Below, in pieces: positions 9,053 to 19,131 of a stretch of DNA of 64,000 bases. Below the pieces are notes generated by a model, which was not told the origin of the DNA, made no database searches, and saw nothing but the letters and a program-made list of their open reading frames with translations. The number at the start of each line of letters is the position of its first letter. Position 1 is the first letter of the stretch. The stretch covers positions 2,970 to 66,969 of IMG/VR virus record IMGVR_UViG_3300025010_000055. One strand, written 5' to 3'. The position numbers and the translations under genes were made by a program. The DNA is from a virus.

Positions 9053-9393
9053 ACGAACTTTGGGTATTTGGGAGGTATGACATCGGGTTGTCAGAGGAAG
9101 AATTTTGGGATTTAACGCCTGCACAGTTCGATTTGTTGGAGAAAAGATATATCGAATCGGAGAAGGCAAAAATACAGCTTGAAGAAGCAAAAATTAAGCG
9201 GTCTGATCAACAGACCGCTTTAATTTGTTGTGTGCTGGCGAACATTAACCGGGATAAGAAGAAAAAGCCTAAACCATTTACGGTTGATGATTTTATGCCT
9301 AAGGTAGTCGGGAGAAAGAAAAAACAGACACCGCAGCAGCAGTTTGAGATCGTAAAAATGCTTAATGCGGCGTTTGGTGGGAAGGTTATTTGA
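9031..9393 (+). CDS. Tail assembly chaperone -1 frameshift extension (gpGT-like)
   Basis: Overlapping -1 frame ORF (track 8974..9393) with GLSEEEFWDLTPAQF. Confidence 0.75.
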   Translation, partial: TGEPPDLDELWVFGRYDIGLSEEEFWDLTPAQFDLLEKRYIESEKAKIQLEEAKIKRSDQQTALICCVLANINRDKKKKPKPFTVDDFMPKVVGRKKKQTPQQQFEIVKMLNAAFGGKVI

Positions 9394-9835
9394 CGAAGTT
9401 AATGTCTTTAACCTTCCATCCATCTTTGCTGTATACAGGTTTACAGGAGAATCTTGCTAATACATTTTTCCCATCTCTATCTTGATAAGTAACATGAGAA
9501 TTAACAGAATACTCATTTTCTCCTATTCTGAATACTGTCTTATTTGTTGAGTATTCCTCAGGGAAAATTATTGTTGAATTTGGCCCAGTTGTATACTTGC
9601 TGATTTCGTATTTAGCAACTATCCATGCCGATACTTCATTGTTAGGCAATATTTCTGGTTTATCTTTTTTACCGCAACTATTCAACGCAAATACCACCAA
9701 AGAAAATATAATAAGCAGTACTAGGCATCCGACACAGCCATTTTTAGTTTCATTTGCGCTTATTTTATTTCTTACTTTATGTCTTTCTTCTTCATCGAGG
9801 CGTATTTTTTCTTTTTCTTCCGACGTCAACTCCAT
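9386..9835 (-). CDS. Antisense membrane-anchored or lipoprotein-like protein (moron)
   Basis: Single hydrophobic segment ending LNSC; AT-rich; opposite strand within the tail operon. Confidence 0.65.
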   Translation of the reverse strand: MELTSEEKEKIRLDEEERHKVRNKISANETKNGCVGCLVLLIIFSLVVFALNSCGKKDKPEILPNNEVSAWIVAKYEISKYTTGPNSTIIFPEEYSTNKTVFRIGENEYSVNSHVTYQDRDGKNVLARFSCKPVYSKDGWKVKDINFVK

Positions 9836-9895
9836 ACAATCACATCCTTTAATTTATAGTATATTTTAAGACTTAGCACTTAGCAATAATGTGAG

Positions 9896-11890
9896 GTGAA
9901 AAAAATGTCAGTTGGTCAACTAAATGTTGAATTACAACTAGATACATCCGGCATGGTCGCGGCTTTACGTGAGTCCCAGGAGCGTCTTGCATCGGTAGGG
10001 CGTGAAGCATCTCGGCAAATGACCATTGTTAGGTCAGAATTCAACACGGCAACGCTCAGGATGGATGAAAATTCCGACACTACCGAACGATTAACGGTAC
10101 AGCAAAGGTATTTAGGGCAACGATTAGAGCAGCAGCAGTCAGTTGTTTCCTTGCTAAACGATACATATGAAAGAAGTATTGCAGTTCATGGTCAGGACGC
10201 AGACGCCACACAACGCCTTGCCGTTAGGCTTGCCCGCGCGCGTGAGGAAGAAGCCCGCACCGAAAGCCAGATCCGAGATACTAACAGGCAACTACAGGAA
10301 CAGGCAGACGCCGCCGGTGATGCCGGAGATAGTTTTCAAGACTTTTCCCAAAGACTTAGCGGCATCGGGGAGAGAATGAAAGGCATCGGCGAAAAGTTGT
10401 CTATGGGTATATCTGCCCCAATAGCCGGATTTATGTTGATGGCTACGGAGGGCACAAAAGAATTACGCAAAGAACTTGCCCTGCTGCAAACCAATGCAGA
10501 AATGGCAGGAATAAGCGTAGAATCGGTAAACGAAGCATACCGAACCCTTAACGGTATCCGTGATGACTTAGGAGCTAATTCTGAAACCATCTCAGAGTTG
10601 ATAGCGTCTGGTTTTAAGGGTGAAGATTTACAAAAAGCGCTTGAAGGTGTCATGGGCGGAGGTATTAAATTTAAAGACACCTTGAATTTTGAAGGTATTG
10701 CAGACGGTATCCAGGAGACTTTAGGCACTGGAGCAGCAGCAGGTTCTTTCTTAGAACTACTTGAACGCATGGGTGTAAAAATAGATGACTTTAACGCTGG
10801 ATTAGTTACTGCAACATCAAATGGAACTGAATTGCAATATGTGCTTGATACTATGGCAAACCTTGGCCTGTCTGACGTCTACAATAAGTACGTAGAAATA
10901 AACGGAGCCATGGTTGACAGTGCAAAGGCTACGTATGACATGCAGGTTGCTATGGCTGAACTTGGGAAAACAGTACAACCAATCATAACCGATATAACTA
11001 CAAAAATAGCTAATATGATGGGTGAATTTAATAAACTGCCTAAAATATCACAGGATTTTGCATTAGCTATGGGAGGTATTCTTTTTGTTGTAGGCCCAAT
11101 ATTGTTTAGTTTGTCGCAAATTTTAATAATTGCTCCGAAAGTTATTACGGCTTTTAAGTGGCTTGCTGGATTACAAATAACAGGCACATTATGGACCGGG
11201 ATAAGACTAATAGCACTTACATTAACATCGCTTGCATCAGTAGTATTACCTGCCATTGGCGCCGCATTTGTCGCAACCTTTGAGATAGTAACAGCACCCA
11301 TAACGCTTATAGCCCTTGCAATTGCCGGGATTGTTGCTTTAGGCTATCAAGTATACAAAAACTGGGAAGAACTAAAAAAACTTGGCCTTGACGTCTGGAA
11401 AGGAATTTCCGACGCCTCTGGTATGGCAGTTGACTACATGAAAACAAAGTGGCAGGATTTCAGCCACTTTGTTATAAGCCTCTGGCAGTCAATCTGGGGC
11501 CCGGTTAAAGCAGTCCTAAACAGTATGATTGACGGCATTAACCACGTTATTTCCGGGCTAAATAAAATCAGCATATCAGCGCCAGATTGGGATATGCTGC
11601 CTGACAGTATCCAGGGTAAAAAATGGGGAGTAAATATCGGTAAAATACCGAAGCTGCATGACGGTGGAGTTTTTAAGGCTGAGCCTGGACAGAGCGAAGG
11701 ACTTGCTTTGCTTGCTGACGGCGAAAGAGTAACACCAGAAGGGCAGTCAACGAATTCCGGCATAGACTACAACCGCATGGCAGCGGCGATAGTACAGGGA
11801 TTAACTGGTGCTAAATTTGTGTCTGATATAAATACAGGTACGGTAGAAATGATTGTAGGCGGTATCCTTAGGCGGGAGGTGCGAATCTAG
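9896..11890 (+). CDS. Tape measure protein
   Basis: VGQLNVELQLDTS N-terminus, coiled coils, hydrophobic stretch, W-spaced repeats, IPKLHDGG...GERV C-terminus. Confidence 0.9.
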   Translation: MKKMSVGQLNVELQLDTSGMVAALRESQERLASVGREASRQMTIVRSEFNTATLRMDENSDTTERLTVQQRYLGQRLEQQQSVVSLLNDTYERSIAVHGQDADATQRLAVRLARAREEEARTESQIRDTNRQLQEQADAAGDAGDSFQDFSQRLSGIGERMKGIGEKLSMGISAPIAGFMLMATEGTKELRKELALLQTNAEMAGISVESVNEAYRTLNGIRDDLGANSETISELIASGFKGEDLQKALEGVMGGGIKFKDTLNFEGIADGIQETLGTGAAAGSFLELLERMGVKIDDFNAGLVTATSNGTELQYVLDTMANLGLSDVYNKYVEINGAMVDSAKATYDMQVAMAELGKTVQPIITDITTKIANMMGEFNKLPKISQDFALAMGGILFVVGPILFSLSQILIIAPKVITAFKWLAGLQITGTLWTGIRLIALTLTSLASVVLPAIGAAFVATFEIVTAPITLIALAIAGIVALGYQVYKNWEELKKLGLDVWKGISDASGMAVDYMKTKWQDFSHFVISLWQSIWGPVKAVLNSMIDGINHVISGLNKISISAPDWDMLPDSIQGKKWGVNIGKIPKLHDGGVFKAEPGQSEGLALLADGERVTPEGQSTNSGIDYNRMAAAIVQGLTGAKFVSDINTGTVEMIVGGILRREVRI

Positions 11891-12237
11891 TGGCAGCACT
11901 GTACACCACTGACGATGTGCTTATTACAGATCGCGTCACTTCTGTTATCCCTGACTGTGAAATCCAAGAGGTTGAAAATACACTACTTGACGGATCGCTG
12001 CACATCCAGACTATAGGCAGTCCAGCGAGGGTTTGCGACATTGCCTTAGTCGTTACTTCCGTAGCAGCCAAAAATAATATAGACACCTACAAGTCCCTAA
12101 AAACGCCTGTAAAAGTCACTGCCGATGGGATTTATTACACCGGCATAATTCGCGGCAGTCCGAAGTGGGAGAGGTTAGCGCCGGGAATCTATAAGACAAG
12201 CTTAACGTTGATTGTCTCAGAGGAGGGCACAGCATGA
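11890..12237 (+). CDS. Putative distal tail protein
   Basis: Immediately after the tape measure; LLDGSLHIQTIG. Confidence 0.6.
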   Translation: MAALYTTDDVLITDRVTSVIPDCEIQEVENTLLDGSLHIQTIGSPARVCDIALVVTSVAAKNNIDTYKSLKTPVKVTADGIYYTGIIRGSPKWERLAPGIYKTSLTLIVSEEGTA

Positions 12238-12698
12238 GGACTTTACCTTCCGATATCCAGGCCCGCATAAACATAGTGGCTCAGACACTATACAACAACG
12301 CTGATCCTCGTATGGAGGCCGTAATAGTCAAAGCCAATAGAACGCTTGACATACAAACAATACAGTCCGGCACTCTGGGCAGCATCGACTTGGCTCAGAA
12401 AATAGTTGATGCTGCTGTCACAGAGATATGGATCATCTCGGTAGTAGATGCTCAGGCCGTCGTAAACGTCTACGCCTATGCCGAAACAATAGATTTTGCT
12501 ACTCCCGGCAGGACTTTCACGCTGACAGCCGAGGAAGCAAGCGCGAAGGTCAGGGACGTGTCAATAGCCTTTGACGGCGAAGATCCCTGGCTATTTTGGG
12601 TAGAGCGAGGCGTTTCATATGACAAAATTTGGACTGTGCAGTGGGACGGAACCGGAACACAGCCGGCAGGTACAGAATTAGTTTCAGTGGCGAGGTGA
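12234..12698 (+). CDS. Putative tail tip protein
   Basis: Synteny; ATGA overlap with upstream gene. Confidence 0.55.
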   Translation: MRTLPSDIQARINIVAQTLYNNADPRMEAVIVKANRTLDIQTIQSGTLGSIDLAQKIVDAAVTEIWIISVVDAQAVVNVYAYAETIDFATPGRTFTLTAEEASAKVRDVSIAFDGEDPWLFWVERGVSYDKIWTVQWDGTGTQPAGTELVSVAR

Positions 12699-12702
12699 TA
12701 AT

Positions 12703-15700
12703 GTGGCAGTAACAATCCTAACACCGGCTGACCTGGACGACGTAAGAAATAACCTTGACGGTGATTATGTCCTTGGTGCCGATATTGATCTGATTGGATA
12801 CGCAAACTGGGTACCCATCGGAGATGAAGCAGATCCTTTCACTGGTAAGATAGACGGATCGATATACGAAATATCAAACCTGACGATAGATAGGTCAACT
12901 ACGGACAACGTGGGACTTTTTGGCGCTTGTCAGTCTAACGTTTTGGCAAATGCTCCTAACTTAAAAAACATAACTATCACAGGTGCATATGTCACCGGGC
13001 AGGATAATGTTGGAGTGCTTGCAGGTAAAATCACGACTGACAAATATACTACAGATGGTTTTAATCTCATAGAAAACTGCTCATCAACTGGAGTCATAGT
13101 GGGCAGAACTAACGTGGGCGGCCTTGTTGGTTGTGCCGAAGGCGTTGAGGCTGGGGTAGACTACGGCGACGAGGATTATTACCACATCGGCAGAATAGCG
13201 TCAAGTTACTCCTTAGTTGCCGTAACCGGATCTGGCGAGAATATCGGTGGTCTAGTCGGGTATTTGAAATATTTGAAAGCCTACCAGTTCCACGCAACTG
13301 GCACAGTCACGGGTGGCGACGTTGTCGGTGGTTTGGTCGGTTACTATTATGACTGCTCCTGTGAGTTTTGCTACGCGACAGGCAATGTCACCGGGGAAAA
13401 ATGTGTCGGTGGTTTGGTCGGTTACGCTGGCGATAGATCGCTAATCAGAAAATCCTATGCCGAGGGCGATGTAACTGGGACAGAGGCTATTTCTGAACCC
13501 GAAATTTGGAATACAAGTCATATCGGTGTCGGTGGCTTGGTCGGATTTATGGATTTTGAGCTAATAGATAGATGTTATGCGCTCGGTGATGTGGTCGGTA
13601 GTTACCGTGCTGGTGGTCTGGTTGGCGCTGGGAATGGTGGTGGGTACAGATCGCCCAACATAGCTAATTCCTTCGCCCAGGGCAATGTCAGTGCGATAGG
13701 GCATGTTGGCGGCGTAATAGGTTATGTATTCCCGTATTATCTGGACTTCCGGAATGTGTATTGCACAGGTTCTGTGACTGGCAATAGGAGAGGGGCGATT
13801 ATAGGCTATCGTGGCGCTCCATATTTTCCTGATGATCCGATAGGCACCATAACGTACGAGACCCCGGCATATTACAACAGTGACACAAATACCGCTACCA
13901 ATACCCATGGCGGCGAAGGCAAGACTACAAACGAACTTGGTATTGAAACAACGTACCAAGAAGACTGGTTTAGTTTCGACTACTATTTTGTGATCGACCA
14001 AGACGAAAGCGTTTATCCTATCCTGAAAATATTTTACGATCCGCTGGGAATAGTCATTTCAGCAGTAAAAGGTAGTGTAGCGCAGGGACTTGTTTGTGCT
14101 TATACGGTTGACGGGGTGACGTATTACCGAAAATTTGACGGTGCATCTTGGGCTGCTGCGTTTGAAGTGACTGAAGTGCCTCCCGGTACAGATACACTGA
14201 ATACGTTTAAAACAAACGATGACAGGATCGGATTTGCTGCCGATGTTGATGGAGTTATGACACTGTCTTTGACAGAGCAAGACAGTATGACTATTGAATA
14301 CATCAAAACCCTGCCGTCTGGGACATGCGGTAATTTGATTCAGACTATCGAGGACGTACCTAAGCTGTACTATGTCAACGCGGTTCAATCCATGAGTAAG
14401 AGTGAGGCTGTTTTTTCAGATGACTGGGGATCGCTTGCTTTTAGCAGCGCGATGAACATGGCTTCTGATAGCTATATCTCGCGACTGAAAGCAAAGTATT
14501 TTGACAGCAAAACCTGGCTTGCTTGGCGTTCGAGAGGGCAGCACAGGATATTCCCACAAATCGAAGCTGCAGAAGAGGAAGAAGCGTTGAAGTTGGCGAG
14601 TGGTAGTATAACGCTTAGGCAAGATACTCCTGTAGTTTCGGTCAGCCTTGAAGTTGATAGTTTCGACAGGACAGAAGAGGTTATACCTGAAACTCCGGAA
14701 GAAGTTACTGTTATCGGTTATCAGGGGGTTACGCCTTTAACCGAAGTACCGGAAGGATATACAGGTATTTATTCTGTTACTGACATGCTTGCCGTAACTG
14801 GTAATATGGCAGGAAATTACATTCAACTGGTTAATTTGGACATGTCGGCTTACCCTAATTGGGTACCATTAGTAGGAGATCCGAATGGATTATTAGAAGG
14901 AATATTTGACGGAAACGGTTATAAAATAACTGGATTTACGGGGGCTGGTCTTTTCGTAGGCACTCACCCAACTGGAATAATAAAAAATGTACGGCTTATT
15001 GACGTGAATATCAATAAGCCGTATGACGATGTTTCCGTCATTATAACCCAATATCACTCAGGTAAAATACAAAATTGTTATGTTAGTGGCAATATCATTG
15101 GGGATGATTGTAATGGTATTTCTGCTGGTACTTATTATGGAGATTCTGAAATAAGTAATTGCACAGTAGAGGCTACAATTGTAGCTTATGGACGTGCTTC
15201 TGGTATAGCTTCTAATTACGAGTCTAAAATAATTAATTGTACTGTAAGTGGTAATATATCAGCAATTGATTCAGTAGGTGGTATATGCCAATACAACAAT
15301 GGCAAGGTAGAAAATTGCATAGTATTGGCAAATGTTTCAGCTATTGGGAATGTAGGAGGCTTGATTCAAGGTAGCTTTTCCGATATTCCAATTAAAAATT
15401 GTTCTGTTTTTGGTAACGTATCATCCGTAGAAGGTGATGCTGGTGGGTTAATTCAATATGCTGGCTATGACGAAAATCAATCTTTAGCAGGCTTAGAGGA
15501 TTGTCACACCAGGGGCAATGTTAATTCATCTGGTGAAAATAATGTTAATGTGGGCGGTTTAGTATCGTTTTTAGAAATATCTACTCTAAGATGTTACGCT
15601 ACTGGAGATGTTACAGCCGTTAACGAAGATTATAACAGTGTAGGAGGATTCGCCGGTTTTATTGGAGGAGGCGACGTTGATGAGTGCTACTCCCTTGGTA

Positions 15701-17067
15701 ATGTCACAGGACAAGGTGCTGTAGGTGGGTTTGTTGGTGAACTGTGGAAATCCCCAGAAGGCAAGATAACTGATTGTTACGCTAAGGGAAATGTTTCAAA
15801 TGACTCAATCGCTGGTCAAACAGGTGGGTTTATTGGTATTGGTGATTATGAAATTGAAAATTGTTATTCTGTAGGTAAAGTCAACGGGCAGAATACAGAT
15901 ACGGGTGGCTTTGTAGGATGGAGTGTATTTTTATTACCTTACCCTGACGGTGGTGGAGGGATAGTTACTTCATGCTATTATGATTCCGAAACTTCAGGTC
16001 AAAGTGATACTCATGGAGGCATATCTAAAACAACAGCAGAAATGAAAACTCAGTCAACATTTGTTAATTGGGATTTTACTATATGGAAACTATCTAGTAT
16101 TACAGAAGGTTATCCGGCGCTGAAATGGCAAATGGGCAACGATGAAAACGTCCCAAACTATCCTCCTGCATCGAAAATAAAATTAAACTTCAAGGCAGGA
16201 GATTCCGATCCCTTACTCATGGGATCTTTTTACGTTGACAGGACAAGCTTCACAGTCGGTAGGGCGAATGTTGGCGTAGATGCGCGTAATAGCATAGGGA
16301 AGTATCTCAAAGACCAAACGTTCGACGAACGAAATATCTACGTCAAACAGCAGATACAGTTATTATTAGCTCAAATCCTTGCCAGTGCAGGCATAACTAA
16401 CTATTACGTAGGCCCGGAAACAGCCGAGCTGGGCATGGAGTTTTCGCCCAACCAGGACATCCTAAGCGGCATTAACGACGTCCTTACGACTATTCGAGAC
16501 TGGCAGGTAAGGGAAGAACCAGACGGCAAGGTAGTCATTGCAGAGCGTACAGATACAGCATTTACACAGCCTGGGACGTATACATTTTACCGTAATAGGG
16601 ACGTGTTTAGCCGGTCGGTAACTAAGGATGATAGCAACACGTATGGCCGGGTGTGTGTGCATACGTCGGATTTTTCGGTCAAAGCGTATAGGCCAGTGTC
16701 GTCAAATCTGGGTTGGTTGCCTCCTGCGCAGAAAACGCTATACCAGCAATGCCCGGATGGTACTACATCAATCCAGGCTGCGGCATTGGCGACTGAGATA
16801 GCGGAGAGGCTGAGTAATTCTGGAGAGGTTGAGGAATTTGTAGGACCAATCAGGCCACAGTTGATGCCGGGGGATGGGGCGCAGATTATTGACGAGGACG
16901 GACCTAACTTGCTTGGTACCATTACGACGGTTACGCATCGTTTCGGCAAAGATGGGTTTTATACGCAGTTTACGGTGGATAGTGGCGGTAAGATTAATAA
17001 GCCGCTATTGTCGGATTATCTAAAGCAGATTTCGGCAGGGACGGTAAAATCCAAGATAACCAGCTAA
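12703..17067 (+). CDS. Large tail-tip/host-recognition protein with two GLUG-repeat regions and a C-terminal baseplate-hub-like part
   Basis: Many VGGLVG/GxVxG repeats; two YVLGADIDL/YIQLVNLDM starts and YP.LK ends; C-terminal RPQLMPGD...VTHRFGKDGFYT. Confidence 0.8.
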   Translation: MAVTILTPADLDDVRNNLDGDYVLGADIDLIGYANWVPIGDEADPFTGKIDGSIYEISNLTIDRSTTDNVGLFGACQSNVLANAPNLKNITITGAYVTGQDNVGVLAGKITTDKYTTDGFNLIENCSSTGVIVGRTNVGGLVGCAEGVEAGVDYGDEDYYHIGRIASSYSLVAVTGSGENIGGLVGYLKYLKAYQFHATGTVTGGDVVGGLVGYYYDCSCEFCYATGNVTGEKCVGGLVGYAGDRSLIRKSYAEGDVTGTEAISEPEIWNTSHIGVGGLVGFMDFELIDRCYALGDVVGSYRAGGLVGAGNGGGYRSPNIANSFAQGNVSAIGHVGGVIGYVFPYYLDFRNVYCTGSVTGNRRGAIIGYRGAPYFPDDPIGTITYETPAYYNSDTNTATNTHGGEGKTTNELGIETTYQEDWFSFDYYFVIDQDESVYPILKIFYDPLGIVISAVKGSVAQGLVCAYTVDGVTYYRKFDGASWAAAFEVTEVPPGTDTLNTFKTNDDRIGFAADVDGVMTLSLTEQDSMTIEYIKTLPSGTCGNLIQTIEDVPKLYYVNAVQSMSKSEAVFSDDWGSLAFSSAMNMASDSYISRLKAKYFDSKTWLAWRSRGQHRIFPQIEAAEEEEALKLASGSITLRQDTPVVSVSLEVDSFDRTEEVIPETPEEVTVIGYQGVTPLTEVPEGYTGIYSVTDMLAVTGNMAGNYIQLVNLDMSAYPNWVPLVGDPNGLLEGIFDGNGYKITGFTGAGLFVGTHPTGIIKNVRLIDVNINKPYDDVSVIITQYHSGKIQNCYVSGNIIGDDCNGISAGTYYGDSEISNCTVEATIVAYGRASGIASNYESKIINCTVSGNISAIDSVGGICQYNNGKVENCIVLANVSAIGNVGGLIQGSFSDIPIKNCSVFGNVSSVEGDAGGLIQYAGYDENQSLAGLEDCHTRGNVNSSGENNVNVGGLVSFLEISTLRCYATGDVTAVNEDYNSVGGFAGFIGGGDVDECYSLGNVTGQGAVGGFVGELWKSPEGKITDCYAKGNVSNDSIAGQTGGFIGIGDYEIENCYSVGKVNGQNTDTGGFVGWSVFLLPYPDGGGGIVTSCYYDSETSGQSDTHGGISKTTAEMKTQSTFVNWDFTIWKLSSITEGYPALKWQMGNDENVPNYPPASKIKLNFKAGDSDPLLMGSFYVDRTSFTVGRANVGVDARNSIGKYLKDQTFDERNIYVKQQIQLLLAQILASAGITNYYVGPETAELGMEFSPNQDILSGINDVLTTIRDWQVREEPDGKVVIAERTDTAFTQPGTYTFYRNRDVFSRSVTKDDSNTYGRVCVHTSDFSVKAYRPVSSNLGWLPPAQKTLYQQCPDGTTSIQAAALATEIAERLSNSGEVEEFVGPIRPQLMPGDGAQIIDEDGPNLLGTITTVTHRFGKDGFYTQFTVDSGGKINKPLLSDYLKQISAGTVKSKITS

Positions 17068-17240
17068 TTATTCCACGTGAAATAAAGGTATACTTTTCGC
17101 TATTGGCGCACACTTAAAAAACCCAGTAAAATCAGCAGGTATACTTTTTGTATACAAGTATGCATGTGTATACCTCAGTAAAATCAAGGGTTAAAAGTAT
17201 GCCTCTTCGGATGTTATTTTATTGTGAGGGGTGAGAAAGC

Positions 17241-17531
17241 ATGAGCCAGAGACAGGGGCAGAGAATACGGGATGCTATTACGCATTGCGAGGAAGTAATT
17301 GCATCTACTACCTGCAAAGGATGCAGGGACGATCATCAGAATTTAAAGGAATGTCTCGAATTTACATTAGACACCATTACTCTTCTGGATGATGGGGGTA
17401 AAGTAGTAAAAATTGAATGTGGTAACGCAGATTGTCCCCATAACAAGAAATTTATTTGCTCAGAAAATGGAATCCGTATAGCATATCCTAGTTGTAAATG
17501 CATGGAGTATGGGGGCAGTAGAAAGTCTTAA
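17241..17531 (+). CDS. Cys-rich hypothetical protein
   Basis: RBS GAGGGGTGAG; several CxxC-like pairs. Confidence 0.55.
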   Translation: MSQRQGQRIRDAITHCEEVIASTTCKGCRDDHQNLKECLEFTLDTITLLDDGGKVVKIECGNADCPHNKKFICSENGIRIAYPSCKCMEYGGSRKS

Positions 17532-17576
17532 AACGCTTGGCAGGGTGTTTTTATTTTGGGTACCGGAGGTGTGGTG

Positions 17577-17846
17577 ATGGGGAATGAGGACATCAGTTTA
17601 ATCCGGCAGGATCTGAGTGACGTTAAAAAACAGCTTGGAGATCTTTCTGTAGCGCTAAGCGATCTTCGCGTTCTGATTGCTGGAAAGTATGTCACGAAGG
17701 AAGATTTTCAGAAGTGCCAGGAATGTGCCGAGGATAGGATTGTTGCGCTCCACAAAAAGGTTGATGGGCAATTTACAAAGCTACTGGCATACGCTACTTT
17801 TATATGCGTTGTCATCGGCGTTATTTTTAATTCCATGAATAGGTAG
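17577..17846 (+). CDS. Holin-associated (XhlA-like) protein
   Basis: Coiled coil plus C-terminal TM helix, upstream of the endolysin. Confidence 0.6.
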   Translation: MGNEDISLIRQDLSDVKKQLGDLSVALSDLRVLIAGKYVTKEDFQKCQECAEDRIVALHKKVDGQFTKLLAYATFICVVIGVIFNSMNR

Positions 17847-17856
17847 GTGTGGCGGA

Positions 17857-18063
17857 ATGAAAAAAGAGTTTACTAAGATGGATTGGTTCTTTGCGGCTTG
17901 TGTTGCTATGTGTCTTTTGGCATACCTTTATAGTTGCTTAAACGGTAAACCGATAGAGCAGATCAAGGATATGATGCAGTATTTCGGCCTTGGCCTTGGG
18001 CTGGGAGCCGGTAAGGTCATATATAATAATTTGGGCAGTGTGGAGGAAAAGAAAAATGCTTAA
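17857..18063 (+). CDS. Putative holin
   Basis: 68 aa, two hydrophobic segments, charged C-terminus, overlaps the endolysin start. Confidence 0.6.
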   Translation: MKKEFTKMDWFFAACVAMCLLAYLYSCLNGKPIEQIKDMMQYFGLGLGLGAGKVIYNNLGSVEEKKNA

Positions 18064-18805
18064 AATAACCATAGACCCAGGCCACGGCGGCAGAGATCCT
18101 GGCGCAATAGGACCGACGGGAGTGCAGGAAAAAGTGATTACGCTGGCAGTAGCTAAAAAAGTGGCGGCTATTCTGCAGCCGGTTATGGAAGTTATATTGA
18201 CCCGTTATGACGACATACAGCTAAGCACAAACTTGTCGGTAGACCTCACTAAGAGAGCAGAGTTAGCTAATTTCTCTCTATCTGACGTGCTTGTATCCAT
18301 ACACTGCAATGCAGCTACAGATCCGTCCGCACATGGTACCGAAACGCATTGCTACCCAAAGTCGGTACGCGGAAAAACCCTGGCTGGGATGATTCAAGGC
18401 CGGCTGATCCCGGCACTAGCCCTAACTAATCGGGGAGTCAAGGAGTCAAATTTTGCCGTACTAAGACAAAGTCAGATGCCAGCTGCTTTAGTAGAGCTAG
18501 CTTTTATATCTAATCCTGCCGAAGAGGCGTTATTGGGCAGCGAGGAATTTCAGGACAGGGCAGCCCTGGCTATAGCTCATGGGATATGTGACTTTTTGGG
18601 GGTTACAACGCCGGTTCAGGAAATATTGCCTCCGGACGGGAAAAGACAGTCTGACGATATCAGGATATTTATTTTTGGCAAGGAAGTGCCTGGTGTTCTG
18701 ATTGGGGATCGAGCTTATGCTCCCGTTAGGGATCTGGTTGATGCCATCGGCGCTAAGGAATCGGTGACATGGGATGCAGCAACAAGGACTATTACAGTAG
18801 AATAG
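18056..18805 (+). CDS. Endolysin, N-acetylmuramoyl-L-alanine amidase (Amidase_3) with a C-terminal cell-binding domain
   Basis: IDPGHGGRDPGA, EK, VSIHCNA, ALVELAFISN zinc-amidase motifs. Confidence 0.95.
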   Translation: MLKITIDPGHGGRDPGAIGPTGVQEKVITLAVAKKVAAILQPVMEVILTRYDDIQLSTNLSVDLTKRAELANFSLSDVLVSIHCNAATDPSAHGTETHCYPKSVRGKTLAGMIQGRLIPALALTNRGVKESNFAVLRQSQMPAALVELAFISNPAEEALLGSEEFQDRAALAIAHGICDFLGVTTPVQEILPPDGKRQSDDIRIFIFGKEVPGVLIGDRAYAPVRDLVDAIGAKESVTWDAATRTITVE

Positions 18806-18848
18806 TTCACTCCAAACCTGGTAAAAATAACATACGCGAATTAACTTA

Positions 18849-18899
18849 GCCTCGGAACTATCCGGAAATACCGGACGGTTGCCGGGGCTTTTTTATTTT
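18849..18899 (+). terminator. Terminator of the late operon
   Basis: Long GC hairpin GCCTCGG..TCCGG-AAATA-CCGGA..CCGGGGC followed by a T-run. Confidence 0.75.
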
Positions 18900-18954
18900 C
18901 CGCAGATAATGTATAATAGATGTAGCGCAAATTTGACAACGTGGGGGAACAAAA

Positions 18955-19131
18955 ATGGCAAAGAAAGACGCCGAAATAAGGGGGCGAATCTCGAAAAGAC
19001 TCAAAGAAAGGTTCGTGGCAGCACTCGAAAACGACGGCCTGACTGAATCAGACTGGATTATTGCCAACGTGGTCAGGTACGTAGAAGGGAGGGAGGGAAA
19101 GAAATTCTGGAAAATAAAACGCAAATTCTAA
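18955..19131 (+). CDS. Ribbon-helix-helix-like regulator heading the type IV operon (not in ORF track)
   Basis: MAKKDAEIRGRISKRLKERFVAALENDGLTESDWIIANVVRYVE: beta-alpha-alpha pattern; RBS GGGGG. Confidence 0.65.
   Translation: MAKKDAEIRGRISKRLKERFVAALENDGLTESDWIIANVVRYVEGREGKKFWKIKRKF

Noticed and set aside
1007-16949. Numerous minus-strand ORFs in the structural region (e.g. 2712-3410, 4216-4725, 10336-10770)
   Set aside because: Antisense shadows of well-supported plus-strand genes, with no RBS or family motifs
12703-17067. Diversity-generating retroelement target in the tail protein
   Set aside because: No reverse transcriptase and no adenine-variant TR/VR pair seen; the repeats are GLUG coding repeats
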